Below, piece by piece: positions 38,975 through 49,379 of a stretch of 64,000 nt of DNA. Each line of letters begins with the position of its first letter. Position 1 is the stretch's first letter. The position numbers and the translations under genes are program-made. Below the pieces are notes generated by a model, which saw only the letters and a program-made list of their open reading frames with translations, ran no database searches and was not told the origin of the DNA. Origin of the DNA: Candidatus Moranbacteria bacterium GW2011_GWF2_35_54 (lineage in GTDB: Bacteria > Patescibacteriota > Minisyncoccia > Moranbacterales > UBA9337). The stretch is from assembly GCA_000990945.1 (NCBI GenBank), contig LBQR01000003.1, positions 11,089-75,088 of the forward strand, written 5' to 3'.

Positions 38975-39325
38975 ATGAAAAAGATTTTATTCGTAGTTGG
39001 TTTTATTTGTTTTACAGCGATTTCTTCAATCAATGTTGGCGCTGGAGATGTCATGCAACCACCCGAAGATCTAAAAAGTCTTGTTGGAAAAGTCGTCAAA
39101 TTTCAAGACATCTTCAACAACTACACTTTCATCTGCCGCATAACTGGAATATCTGATTATTCTGCGTCCATGGGCAGACAAGTTACGTTGTCTGTTTCCG
39201 ATCTGGATTATTACGGAGCAGAGATCAAGAAGATATCATATATAATATCGACCTCCGAAGAAGAGCGTTGGCAACTAACGATTGAGGGCAAACCGCATAA
39301 AATCAACATCGTATCCATTGAATGA
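38975..39325 (+). CDS. Secreted hypothetical protein
   Basis: Signal peptide; own promoter (TTGACT at about 38879) and terminator (about 39346-39384). Confidence 0.7.
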   Translation: MKKILFVVGFICFTAISSINVGAGDVMQPPEDLKSLVGKVVKFQDIFNNYTFICRITGISDYSASMGRQVTLSVSDLDYYGAEIKKISYIISTSEEERWQLTIEGKPHKINIVSIE

Positions 39326-39535
39326 AAGTGAGCAACCTCGCTCAACCGCCACCCTGCCAAAATTTGGCATGGGTGGTGTTTTTAAATTTAATTGTTACGT
39401 TAATTATTCCGTTGACATCCTAAAACGGTTGCGCTATCATTACCGACAAGTCATATTTGGATAGTTTTTTTCTAACAAGTGTACTATATCTGGCATGAAC
39501 AGGTTTCTCATCATTTCAAAAAGGAGGAAAGAGCA

Positions 39536-40105
39536 ATGAAAAACATTTTGCAAGGACCAACAAAGATGGAAGAGGCTGTTGGGAAATTAGTTATTCTCAA
39601 CGGAAAATTTATTGTCATCGATACCGATACAACGCAAGATGAAAAAGGTACAGCTGAAATAGTAACCATCTGTCCTTCGAATGAAGAGATTGAGGAAAAA
39701 CAAATTGATTTTATGGTCAAATCATTTGCTTCAGGAGGTGGCGGACATTTCAAAGCCGGCAATACCGACTTTACGGTTTCCGACATCTGGCGTTGCAATC
39801 CCAGCAATGACCATATGCTCAAAAATCATCAAGACCAGACCAAAATAGTAGTTGTGAAAAATGAGGAAACCGGGGAATTCTTTCTAATAATGAGCGAGGA
39901 CGTCTCCATTCGAGCGGCAAAAGATTTTTTGCAAAGCATAAATGATGAAATGTCACGCAATGATGATTCGCCGCTGATCGCAATTACCGGAGGGAGGTAT
40001 TTATCTTTTCCATATGAAATTACCAAACCAATGGGAGCGGCTGGCAACATAAGATTCGAAGTCGTGACCAACAACGGATTGGCTACAATTAAACTCAGGC
40101 TTTAA
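39536..40105 (+). CDS. Hypothetical protein
   Basis: SD AAAGGAGGA before the ATG at 39536; terminator near 40135-40176. Confidence 0.7.
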   Translation: MKNILQGPTKMEEAVGKLVILNGKFIVIDTDTTQDEKGTAEIVTICPSNEEIEEKQIDFMVKSFASGGGGHFKAGNTDFTVSDIWRCNPSNDHMLKNHQDQTKIVVVKNEETGEFFLIMSEDVSIRAAKDFLQSINDEMSRNDDSPLIAITGGRYLSFPYEITKPMGAAGNIRFEVVTNNGLATIKLRL

Positions 40106-40366
40106 CCAAACAGCCGATACACCATTTCAACAAGCCGTTTTAAAAAGCACAACTGCTATTTGAAACGGTTTTTTTATACAAAAAAATCTTAAAGAACATT
40201 TGGTGCTACCCTGGGCAAAGAATGAAATCACGACGGCGAATGAGTGATGCGGAAATCCCTCATCTTCAACACAAAACTTATACTTTTTTTACAAAATAAA
40301 AAGCAGGAGAAAATAGATTACATTTCTCCTGCCTCTGCGAATTTTTTGATAGCGAAACAGGTTATA

Positions 40367-40744
40367 TCATTTTTTTCCGAAGAAAGGATTTTCTTCTGAG
40401 GATTTTAGAATTTCTTCCTGAGTTAGAGATTGAGTTTCCCAACCACCGTTGATATATTCCAAGTCGCACACAGGACAGCGCACGATGGAAAAGCTATAAG
40501 GGTTGCCACTGCCACGCATCGTGCATCCGAATCCAAACCACATTCCTTGGCTATGGTCATATCCACAGCTTACGCAAGCGACTTGTCCAGATTCTAACTG
40601 ACCGGCAGTGCTTCTGAAAGACAGAGTTGTCTCCTTATCTTGTTCTCCGTAATGTCCCATAGTTCTCCTAACAACAATCTTTTCATCTCCGAAAGCTGGA
40701 GCTACGAAGTTTTCTATGCTTAGTTTTTCAGTGTCTTTTGCCAT
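40367..40744 (-). CDS. Hypothetical zinc-ribbon protein
   Basis: CVSC...CPVC; SD AGGAGA. Confidence 0.7.
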   Translation of the reverse strand: MAKDTEKLSIENFVAPAFGDEKIVVRRTMGHYGEQDKETTLSFRSTAGQLESGQVACVSCGYDHSQGMWFGFGCTMRGSGNPYSFSIVRCPVCDLEYINGGWETQSLTQEEILKSSEENPFFGKK

Positions 40745-40940
40745 AGCTTTCTCCTGTTACTCATATATTTTCTTAAAATTAGTCCTTATCTAATTTTACT
40801 ATATGAGTGTTGCAATTAATTCTTGAACTCAAGGTGCCAAACATTGACATCCATATTATAAGATGTTAAGGTTTAGGGTAATTTATAAAAATATAAATTT
40901 TACGAAGTTCTTAAGATTAATCGAAAATGGGGGTGAAATC

Positions 40941-41420
40941 ATGTTTACAAACAAAAATAATGTTGGATTAAAAATCAGCTTCATTATTATGTTGATAGCT
41001 ACAATTGTAGGCTTTGAAAAGTTTATATATCCATCACTCTTCAATGATAAATCTCCAAAGACGCACGCCATTGAAATTGGTTGGACGATTAATAATTCTT
41101 CTAATATCTCTGGCTACGAGCTTTATCTTAACGGCAAAAAAGTATGCGCTTGGCGTGATTGGGAGAAAGCCACTCTCGAAAATACGGCTTCCACAAAAAG
41201 TACTAGGGAATTTTACATAGCCCTTCCTCGCACTGGCGTTTCTTTTATTACTTTAGTTTCTATTGAAATGGATGGAACAAAATCCATGCATTCACACCCA
41301 GCTTATATTGCCACTTATAATGGGAAAGTTATATCCAAAGGCATTGTTCCAGATACGTCGCAACCAAAAACCGAAGAAGAAATTCCAACCTCCAAAAAAG
41401 ATAGGGTCTTCTCTATCTAA
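40941..41420 (+). CDS. Membrane-anchored protein with an FN3-like segment
   Basis: TM helix, then IEIGW...ISGYELYLNG...SMHS; terminator near 41433-41472. Confidence 0.6.
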   Translation: MFTNKNNVGLKISFIIMLIATIVGFEKFIYPSLFNDKSPKTHAIEIGWTINNSSNISGYELYLNGKKVCAWRDWEKATLENTASTKSTREFYIALPRTGVSFITLVSIEMDGTKSMHSHPAYIATYNGKVISKGIVPDTSQPKTEEEIPTSKKDRVFSI

Positions 41421-41534
41421 AAGAATCACCTCATGTGCCTCGAGTCATCAGACTTGAGGCACATATTTTTTTGTCAATAATTTCATAAAAAAACAGCCCT
41501 AAGAGCTGTTTTTAATGTTAAAAATATTGCGACT

Positions 41535-41822
41535 TTAATTGGCGGGATTTTTAGGAGCGCGAGTCTGGCTGATGAGACAAATGTTTCGAAAAGTAACCGT
41601 TTTGCCGTCTTCTCCGCTTTTGGTATTTTCTGTTATTCCGAAAGAATAAGTATTACCAATAGCTACGCCTAATTTCTCAAAATCTGTTTGCGCTCGACTG
41701 ACCTGACCGTCTCGTTTAGTTTGAAAAAAAGAATAAAAGTTGCCTCCAGCTTTGATAGCTACTCGACCATTTTCCACTTTGATATCCTCTACTGTCAAAT
41801 CCATAAATTTTATATCACTCAT
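41535..41822 (-). CDS. Hypothetical beta-rich protein
   Basis: 95-aa ORF followed by a terminator near 41488-41512. Confidence 0.65.
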   Translation of the reverse strand: MSDIKFMDLTVEDIKVENGRVAIKAGGNFYSFFQTKRDGQVSRAQTDFEKLGVAIGNTYSFGITENTKSGEDGKTVTFRNICLISQTRAPKNPAN

Positions 41823-41828
41823 TTTTTA

Positions 41829-41914
41829 TTTACCCCCCATTAAATAACAAAGCTTACTTCGATTTAACGGGGTAAACCGTCAAATTGTAATAATTCACAT
41901 TATTTAACTGGGGT
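41829..41914. repeat. Family D element, copy 2
   Basis: tttaccccccattaaat...atttaacggggtaaacc...tatttaactggggt. Confidence 0.8.
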
Positions 41915-41981
41915 GCTTGTTAAATTTATATTATTTATTTTAGCACAAGAAAGAAAATAATAGAAATTTCCTATTTCAACA

Positions 41982-44900
41982 TTAATCTATCGGGTGAATT
42001 AATTTCTTCATTCCAATTTTTCTTTTTCTCAGATACCAAGCCAATGCAAATCCACCAACACCGACTAGTCCGACATAGGGCCAGGTTCTTTTTTGGGATT
42101 GATTTAGGTTTTCTTGAGATGCTGATGCTCCCTTTACTCTTGCGTCATTATTTTCTTCATCTTGTTTTACTTCATTATTCTGAGTTACATTATTAGCTTG
42201 ATCTTCTTGGACGTTTTGATTTGCTGGAGTCTCTGATGACACTTCTGCAGTCTGCGGAGTGTCTTCAGCGCCCTCATCAGTTACAACCGCTTCTCCGTCT
42301 TCGGAAATTTTAACAGAAATAACTCTTGCGTCCCCCTTATTGCCAGCTTCGTCTAATGTAACCAGTTTATAATAATATTTTTCTCCTATCTTGACATCTC
42401 TGTCGGTTATTTCTTCATCATTTTCGGCATTTTCAGAAATACGCGATCCGGAATTAATATGAAAATCTCTGTGTTTTCCGCGATAAATATATACTTTATA
42501 AATATCAGCATCCGGGGTTCGCCAATCTAATTTTACGATATTCCTATCCTCTTCATAATTTGCATCCAAATCTTCAACTACACCGGGATTAAGCGTATCT
42601 ACTTTTACATTTTTGATACCCACATTGCTATAATTTCCAGCTTTATCTAATGAACGATAATAGAAAATATGCTTACCATCATTAATTTTTACTGTCTCTG
42701 TGTAAGTTATCCAAGTACCTGTTTGCGAATCAATTTGATATTCTATTTTATCCAGAGCCACGCTGTCGACTGCATTTAAATTTATTTCTGGAATAGAATT
42801 GTACCAATCATTGTCTCCATTGGGATTTTTCGGATTAATTGACAAACCAACTGTAGGGATGGTTTTATCCAAAACTATAGTTAAAGTATAAGTATCTTCT
42901 GTATTTCCAGCATTATCTACGGCATGTGATTTGATGGTGTATGAATCTTGCGCAGGTGAAGATAAATTATAATTCCAAGAGGTGGTCCCTGTAGCATTAA
43001 TTAAAATCTCACCATCAACCCAAGTTGATAAGCCATTCCAATATTTTCCTGCACTATTTTTGATAGAAAGCTTCACTCCAGCCACTCCGCTTAAACTATC
43101 GGAAGCTGTGCCGGCTATAATCCCATTCCAATCATTACTATAAACTGTTTCATTATCTTCTCCACCATTTATAACACTAGCTGGTTTTGTATAATCAATG
43201 TTAGCTCCGTTTGAAGTCACCGTAACAATATTACAATTGCCGGCTAAATCGCAAACATTTGGCGTAATCGAACAAGTTTGATTTTCACCTTCGGAAGTTA
43301 TGTCGCAAATCGGCGCGACATAATCATCAGCCATGTTGGCATCGCCATAGTTGAAAATCGAAGTCTGCATGGAATTATACCAAGTGGTTCCGAAATCAGT
43401 TTTTTCTGAAAGAGCTGGTGCGGTATTGTCCACAATCAATTCAAACACAAAGTCTGTGCTACGATTATCCGCTACGTCTCTTTCCGCAAACTTAATTTGA
43501 TATTCACCATCTTCCACATTTTCTGTATTCCAAGAATAAAGTAATTTATCACTAAATTCGTCCGTATGATTTACTACTTTAGAATACATTTGTTTTCCAT
43601 CACTCTTTCTAAATATTGCTAACCAATAATGATGAGGATTTTCCTCTGTGACTGAACCTTTGATATCCAAAACCCCGGCAACAAAACTTGGCACAGAAGC
43701 CAGGCTTACTATTGGTAAAGTTTTATCAATATAATCTACTTCAGCTAAAGCAGTGCCAGTATTTCCGGCAGCATCTTTAAATTCAAAGGTAAAGGTTCCA
43801 TTTTCTGTAAAAGTATAGGTTGCATTATCGGAGTTATTGGTCACAGTAACTTCCTCGCTTGGATTGAGAGTGGCCACTACGTTCTCGTTTGTCAGACTAT
43901 CTTTATTATAAGAAATAGTCGCAGTTGGTGCGGTATTATCAACCGTAACTTTCCAAAGTGGACTCCATGCACTCTCGTTACCGGCAGCATCCACGGCTTT
44001 TACTCTCCACCAAAAGGTTGCATCAGAAACATTACTCGCACTCTTAGAATTTGTGTTAAATTCTTCATGCCATCTTAAGTTTGTAGCACTCTCGTTATGA
44101 TAACTTTCATAAATATATTTAACCGCGTCAGGCACAACATTCCAAGAAGTGACTAAAGATGGAAATCCTTTTTTGAAAGAATTATTTTCAGGAGAAACAA
44201 GTGTAGGCGCAGCTGGCACAATCGAATCATAAGTTATACTACAAATATTTGACCAACTAGAAACATTGCCTGCTGCATCTTTGGCTCTCACTTCAATATT
44301 GTGAATACCTTCATTTAATGAACCACTATACTGAGAAGCTGTGAAGCTAGTATTCCAATCTCCACGATTTGAAGAATTAACAAGCGGATAATTGATATGA
44401 TAATCATAACCAACAACTCCAAAATTATCACTAGAATCCGACCAATCCACAGTTATGTTTTTAATATTTGTAATTGCGCCACAAGATAAATTTGGATTTT
44501 TAAATCCATTTATAGTTGGAACAGTCGGTTTCGTCCAATCTGCTGTATATTTACAGCTATTATCTCTTCCCTGCACTCCGCCAAACCAAGCTGATTTATT
44601 TCCTGCTTTATCAACTGCCCTTATCTGAACGCCATACGTTCCTTCTGCTGGAACTGTCCACCATGAAGCATTGAAATATGGAACAGTAAAATTTCTCATT
44701 GGACCGGTACTTCCATCTGCATTAAAAGAAACGTATTCATAATGATCAAAGTCTGCTTCGACGTTAGCATTCCAATACACATCAAAATTTCTAGCTGATG
44801 TCATTTCCCCACAAGCTACATTTTTATTATTCACAGTATCTTTGAAATATATTCCCGTTGGAGCCGCTGGAGAGGTTGCATCATAAAAATAATGCACTGA

Positions 44901-47900
44901 GTTACTCCACTCTCCTTCATTTCCTGCATTATCAATCGCCTGCACTCGAATTGTCACACCCCCTTGCTCATCGATATTTGGCACATGGTTTCTCCAATTA
45001 TTGGTTGTAGTTCTATAAGGACCATCGGAGAAAGCATGGTGATCATCATAAACATATTCTATTCGGTATTCTTTTATTCCAGAACTATCAGTTGCACTAG
45101 TCCATTCATTCTTTATTGGAGTAGTTGTAAAATATTGTTCAGCGCCAGGGAGATTAATTGTTAATTTATCTGGTGCATGCGTATCAATTGTCATATTCCA
45201 AATTTCACTCCAAGCACTTTCATTGCCAGCCTCATCAATCGCTCGAACTTGCCAATACCATTTACCATCTGGAGCACCTGATGAGTGAATCATATTGCTT
45301 GGCAACACTTCGGACTTCCAGAGGCCGGATGTTAAAATTCCCTCAGATTGCGCAGAATTTAAAGATGATTGAAACTTATATTTTACAGTTGATTCGTCAG
45401 TTGAAGCATCCCAAGTGAAGTCAAAATTATTCGAATTTCTGTAAACATTGTGAGGCTGTCCGTTCATCGGCACACTTGGTGGCGTTGTGTCAGAAATTTC
45501 ATTCCAGTAGTCTACACTCCCGCCCACCTCATAATCATTTCCATTGCAAGTTCCGTGAGAGAATTCCGAACCATAACAATTATGTACTATTACTTCTTCA
45601 ACTTGGTCGATATTGCTTTGATCAGCTACTGACCACGAAACTGTTGATTTTGCATCAAGGTTATTGAATTCATCCTCGAAATTGATATCAATTTCGTTCG
45701 AAGAAAAACTATTGTTCGCAAAACTTATTGGAGAAGAACTGGAGAGGCTTGGATCAGCAAAGGACACAAAAACGCCAGCACTTGCTCCAGAAATAGAATT
45801 ATTTTTTATTTCAGAAGGCGCATCAAAATAATAAAATCCAATGCCTTTTCCAGATGATAAATCTAGATCATTATCATTGACCTTTACAGATTCTAGATCC
45901 GAATCATCCGGTTGTGCCCAAACAAGAATCCGCCCAGATTCCGCATTGATAACGTTGCCTGAAATATCAATATTTTTCCAGCGATACGCTTCAAAAGAAT
46001 TAACAAAGTTGGATCCGTTAACTGTATTATCCGAAATCACTAAATGATTTCCAAAATCATCACCCTGTGCTTCAAGAAAAACCATAGAATATCCACCCGC
46101 AGAATTGCCATAATTTTTAAAATCATTATTGATTAGCGAAAATTTATTGAATCCTCTGTTCACAAAAATCGCATAACGTCCGCTTGAATTTTCTCCATCA
46201 AAGATTGAATTTTTGATAACTAGACCGGCATACGAACCATCAGTATCAATATTAAAAGAGTTATTTCCATACCCAGAAGAATCACCCTTGAAAGTAAATC
46301 CATCAATAATTAAATCATTAAAAGTAGCTCCAGAAAGTCGCATTCCCTGTATAAAGGTTACATCTGGACCATCTGTCGCGACCAAATTCAAATGATTTCC
46401 AAGAACATTCGAGATGTCAACATCGGCATATGAACCTGCTCTAACATTAATTTCTCCATTATTAGAAGCGGCTAACATCGCTGGTTTTATATTCATTCCA
46501 GCGCCCACTATAAAATTATTTTCCAACGTCGCATGATTCCCGACAGTTTGAATATATGAATCGGAATTTACTTGAAACGGAGCTGCTTGCATCACCAAAG
46601 CTACAGAAATAGCATTAGCTTCAGAATTTTGAAAAACTGTGAATTCCTCACTTCTATCTGCTCTTTCGTTATCACGAAAGGTTGTATTGCGAATTGCATA
46701 ATCATAACCAGAGGGCAAATCGATATTGCTTACTGCGTGGCCGTGCTCTTCATCAATATAAATTGGCCATGATTCTCCGAAACTATTTGAGCCACTGAAA
46801 GTTACATTATTAGTGCCTCCATTGATATAATCATACAAACCAACGCCACCCCAAGCATTTCCGATAGTAGAAATATTTTCTAAGGTTATATTAGTGGCAT
46901 TAGACAATGCAATTCCGACGCCAGCTGTTCCATTTCCATATGTCTCAATATTTTTCAAGGTGGCACTATTGACTGTGTTCAAGTCAATTTCTGAACGCCC
47001 TGAATCACTCACCCTAACATTCTCTATTATTAGATTATTAGTATGTGTCATTTTAAGACCATACTTTCCGCTAGTGTTAGCAGTAGGACCCTGCAAAGTA
47101 AAGTTTTTAAGAGTGATATTATTAACTTCAGAATTATTAGTAATACCATAGCCATTCACACTGTTTGCATTAATCACTACCCCAGTCTTACTTTCTCCAA
47201 TAATAGAAACTTGTTTATCTATATTAAGAGTCGAGACAAGCGCGTAATTCCCTTCTTTTACTCTGATTTCAAATCCATTAGATGCCGCATCAATTCCTTC
47301 CTGAATAGTATTGAAAGGATGCGCTTCGGTTCCGTCCTCAACTCCCGCATTGCTATCGTCTACGTAGATAATGGTCGACACCTCCGGTACATCACAAACA
47401 TCGCCAACCCCATTACTATTGGAATCGGATTGATTGGAATTTGAAACACTTGCACAGTTATCGCAGACATTACCAATTCCGTCCCCGTCCGCATCGACCT
47501 GATCTGGGTTAGCCACTGAAGGACAGTTGTCATTACCACCGGAAAGTCCGTCTCCATCAAAATCAATAGCTACTAAATTATTTGAAGAATTATTTGTCGG
47601 GGTATTTGCAATTGCCCAAGTACTTCCCCCATCTTCCGTCCTGGCAATTGATTGAGCACTATCTGGCTCATTTCCACCTAGGTCTTGCGCATTCACAATT
47701 GTAACATTCTTTATTCTAAATGATACCTCATCGATCAAATCATTCGAACTGTTCCTTAATATAATAGTATCTCCTGGATCATCGTTTAGATCATTGGATA
47801 GCTCATGTATTACAAAACCATGCCCAGATATCGAATTTGCGGAAATATTATGACAATTCTCCGATCCATTTCCTCCGCTCAGTTCACAAAGTTTCCAACC

Positions 47901-48803
47901 ACTTAAACTAACTAAGCTATTGGTTTTATTATAAAGCTCCACCCACTCATCTCCAGAATACACAAACTCATTAATCAGAATATTGGCAGTGCTCTCATTA
48001 AAGACCACGGCTGTGTTTTCAGATGATATCGTTCCCACCACCACAAACACAGTCATGTGATCCAATTCCGCATTTACTTTTGCACTTTTTACTTCGATAT
48101 TTTCATCTGAAACAACTTCTGCTTTTTTCAATCCATCCACGTCTTCGGCAAATTTAATCTGCACATTGTTTTCATTTTCTGGCTTTGGCAAAGTTAAATC
48201 ATATTTAAAAGTTCCATTTTCCATATCAGATGTGATGTCATAAGCTTTGTCAGAAAGCGCTCCGAGTTCAACAATTTGTTCATCTGTTAAAGTAATTTCT
48301 TCAATAGTGAGACTGCCGGGATTTTTTGGTAATTTGGAAAAAGTAACGGTAACTTTATCATTTTGAGGTGCTTTATATGTCTCATCTACTTTAACCGGGC
48401 TAATTGTCGCCTCTTTTCCATTCACATCCCAGACTGCTTCTTTAACAGATAAAGATTTTTCCACGTCTTCTGTTTTTTCTACTTTTTCTGCTTCTTTCGT
48501 CTCTTCTATATCTTCTGTTTTCAAATCTTCTTCTGTCTTTTCTTTCTCTTCAACTACTACATCTTTTTCAATCGGCTCAACATCATCTTTAACCTCTGTT
48601 GCTTCAGGCGTGCTCTTTTTATCTTCTGAAACATCTACTGGCTCTTCAATCACAATCGTCTCATCCCCTTCTGTAGCGTGAGCCACATTTAGGAAAAGAA
48701 AATTGAGAGAGGACATTTGCATAACAAACATTGGCAACATTATACTTGCTAAAATCTTTCGCATTAGTTTTTGATTGCTTTTTTTGAACATTTTTTCAAT
48801 CAT
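41982..48803 (-). CDS. Giant surface protein (lamin-tail-like, TSP3, beta-helix and multiple FN3/Ig-like domains, C-terminal TM)
   Basis: ILINEF...EWVELYN..LSGW; DNCPSVANPDQVDADGDGIG; GTEAHPFNTIQEGID; repeated RAxDxAGNxSxWS; C-terminal TM plus basic tail. Confidence 0.88.
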   Translation of the reverse strand: MIEKMFKKSNQKLMRKILASIMLPMFVMQMSSLNFLFLNVAHATEGDETIVIEEPVDVSEDKKSTPEATEVKDDVEPIEKDVVVEEKEKTEEDLKTEDIEETKEAEKVEKTEDVEKSLSVKEAVWDVNGKEATISPVKVDETYKAPQNDKVTVTFSKLPKNPGSLTIEEITLTDEQIVELGALSDKAYDITSDMENGTFKYDLTLPKPENENNVQIKFAEDVDGLKKAEVVSDENIEVKSAKVNAELDHMTVFVVVGTISSENTAVVFNESTANILINEFVYSGDEWVELYNKTNSLVSLSGWKLCELSGGNGSENCHNISANSISGHGFVIHELSNDLNDDPGDTIILRNSSNDLIDEVSFRIKNVTIVNAQDLGGNEPDSAQSIARTEDGGSTWAIANTPTNNSSNNLVAIDFDGDGLSGGNDNCPSVANPDQVDADGDGIGNVCDNCASVSNSNQSDSNSNGVGDVCDVPEVSTIIYVDDSNAGVEDGTEAHPFNTIQEGIDAASNGFEIRVKEGNYALVSTLNIDKQVSIIGESKTGVVINANSVNGYGITNNSEVNNITLKNFTLQGPTANTSGKYGLKMTHTNNLIIENVRVSDSGRSEIDLNTVNSATLKNIETYGNGTAGVGIALSNATNITLENISTIGNAWGGVGLYDYINGGTNNVTFSGSNSFGESWPIYIDEEHGHAVSNIDLPSGYDYAIRNTTFRDNERADRSEEFTVFQNSEANAISVALVMQAAPFQVNSDSYIQTVGNHATLENNFIVGAGMNIKPAMLAASNNGEINVRAGSYADVDISNVLGNHLNLVATDGPDVTFIQGMRLSGATFNDLIIDGFTFKGDSSGYGNNSFNIDTDGSYAGLVIKNSIFDGENSSGRYAIFVNRGFNKFSLINNDFKNYGNSAGGYSMVFLEAQGDDFGNHLVISDNTVNGSNFVNSFEAYRWKNIDISGNVINAESGRILVWAQPDDSDLESVKVNDNDLDLSSGKGIGFYYFDAPSEIKNNSISGASAGVFVSFADPSLSSSSPISFANNSFSSNEIDINFEDEFNNLDAKSTVSWSVADQSNIDQVEEVIVHNCYGSEFSHGTCNGNDYEVGGSVDYWNEISDTTPPSVPMNGQPHNVYRNSNNFDFTWDASTDESTVKYKFQSSLNSAQSEGILTSGLWKSEVLPSNMIHSSGAPDGKWYWQVRAIDEAGNESAWSEIWNMTIDTHAPDKLTINLPGAEQYFTTTPIKNEWTSATDSSGIKEYRIEYVYDDHHAFSDGPYRTTTNNWRNHVPNIDEQGGVTIRVQAIDNAGNEGEWSNSVHYFYDATSPAAPTGIYFKDTVNNKNVACGEMTSARNFDVYWNANVEADFDHYEYVSFNADGSTGPMRNFTVPYFNASWWTVPAEGTYGVQIRAVDKAGNKSAWFGGVQGRDNSCKYTADWTKPTVPTINGFKNPNLSCGAITNIKNITVDWSDSSDNFGVVGYDYHINYPLVNSSNRGDWNTSFTASQYSGSLNEGIHNIEVRAKDAAGNVSSWSNICSITYDSIVPAAPTLVSPENNSFKKGFPSLVTSWNVVPDAVKYIYESYHNESATNLRWHEEFNTNSKSASNVSDATFWWRVKAVDAAGNESAWSPLWKVTVDNTAPTATISYNKDSLTNENVVATLNPSEEVTVTNNSDNATYTFTENGTFTFEFKDAAGNTGTALAEVDYIDKTLPIVSLASVPSFVAGVLDIKGSVTEENPHHYWLAIFRKSDGKQMYSKVVNHTDEFSDKLLYSWNTENVEDGEYQIKFAERDVADNRSTDFVFELIVDNTAPALSEKTDFGTTWYNSMQTSIFNYGDANMADDYVAPICDITSEGENQTCSITPNVCDLAGNCNIVTVTSNGANIDYTKPASVINGGEDNETVYSNDWNGIIAGTASDSLSGVAGVKLSIKNSAGKYWNGLSTWVDGEILINATGTTSWNYNLSSPAQDSYTIKSHAVDNAGNTEDTYTLTIVLDKTIPTVGLSINPKNPNGDNDWYNSIPEINLNAVDSVALDKIEYQIDSQTGTWITYTETVKINDGKHIFYYRSLDKAGNYSNVGIKNVKVDTLNPGVVEDLDANYEEDRNIVKLDWRTPDADIYKVYIYRGKHRDFHINSGSRISENAENDEEITDRDVKIGEKYYYKLVTLDEAGNKGDARVISVKISEDGEAVVTDEGAEDTPQTAEVSSETPANQNVQEDQANNVTQNNEVKQDEENNDARVKGASASQENLNQSQKRTWPYVGLVGVGGFALAWYLRKRKIGMKKLIHPID

Positions 48804-49059
48804 ATTTATTTTTTAAAATTTATTTATTTATTAAAAATTTGCAAAAAAAAGCCGACCATTTTTTACTATGATACCTCCATAGCAAAAACCAGTTGACTTT
48901 CTAAAGCAAAATTATTTCTTTTTATCCAAAAGAATGTTTTCATCACCCGTATTTTAGAACAAAATTCCTTTATCTTGTTCTATTTTATATTTAATTTATT
49001 TTTTTCTATTAAATTTTCATTCGTATATTCGTATGAATTCGTAATTCGTAGAGAGTAAC

Positions 49060-49200
49060 AAAAAAAACCGACTCAAACAACAAATCCTTATACTTGGATT
49101 TATTATTTAAGCCGGTTTCGCCATTGGACTCCTCGTGTAATTCATTAGCGACCAATCTTTTCAGGATACCTCGGTCTTTCTTTGCACGAATCAATGCCTC
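49060..49200 (-). ncRNA. Candidate structured RNA followed by a 23-bp terminator
   Basis: Nested stems CAUUG/CAAUG, UUCGUG/CACGAG, GACCGA/UUGGUC; the terminator pairs fully only on the minus strand (four G-U) and is followed by poly-U. Confidence 0.45.
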
Positions 49201-49379
49201 TTAAAAATATTCAATTTTATTTTCCTCACTACAATATTAACATACTCGCGCTAGAATACAAGCAACCTTTTTAATCCACGGAACTTTTCATTTGACTTTT
49301 ATCGCTAAATAGTGCTAGCCTTTAGACAACGGAATGTTTCTTATAATTTAAGAGGTTAAATTATATTACGGAGGAGAAA

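Noticed and set aside
49009-49194. 61-aa ORF as a leader peptide
   Set aside because: TTG start without SD, and it runs through the terminator and a short tandem array; RNA structure explains the region better.
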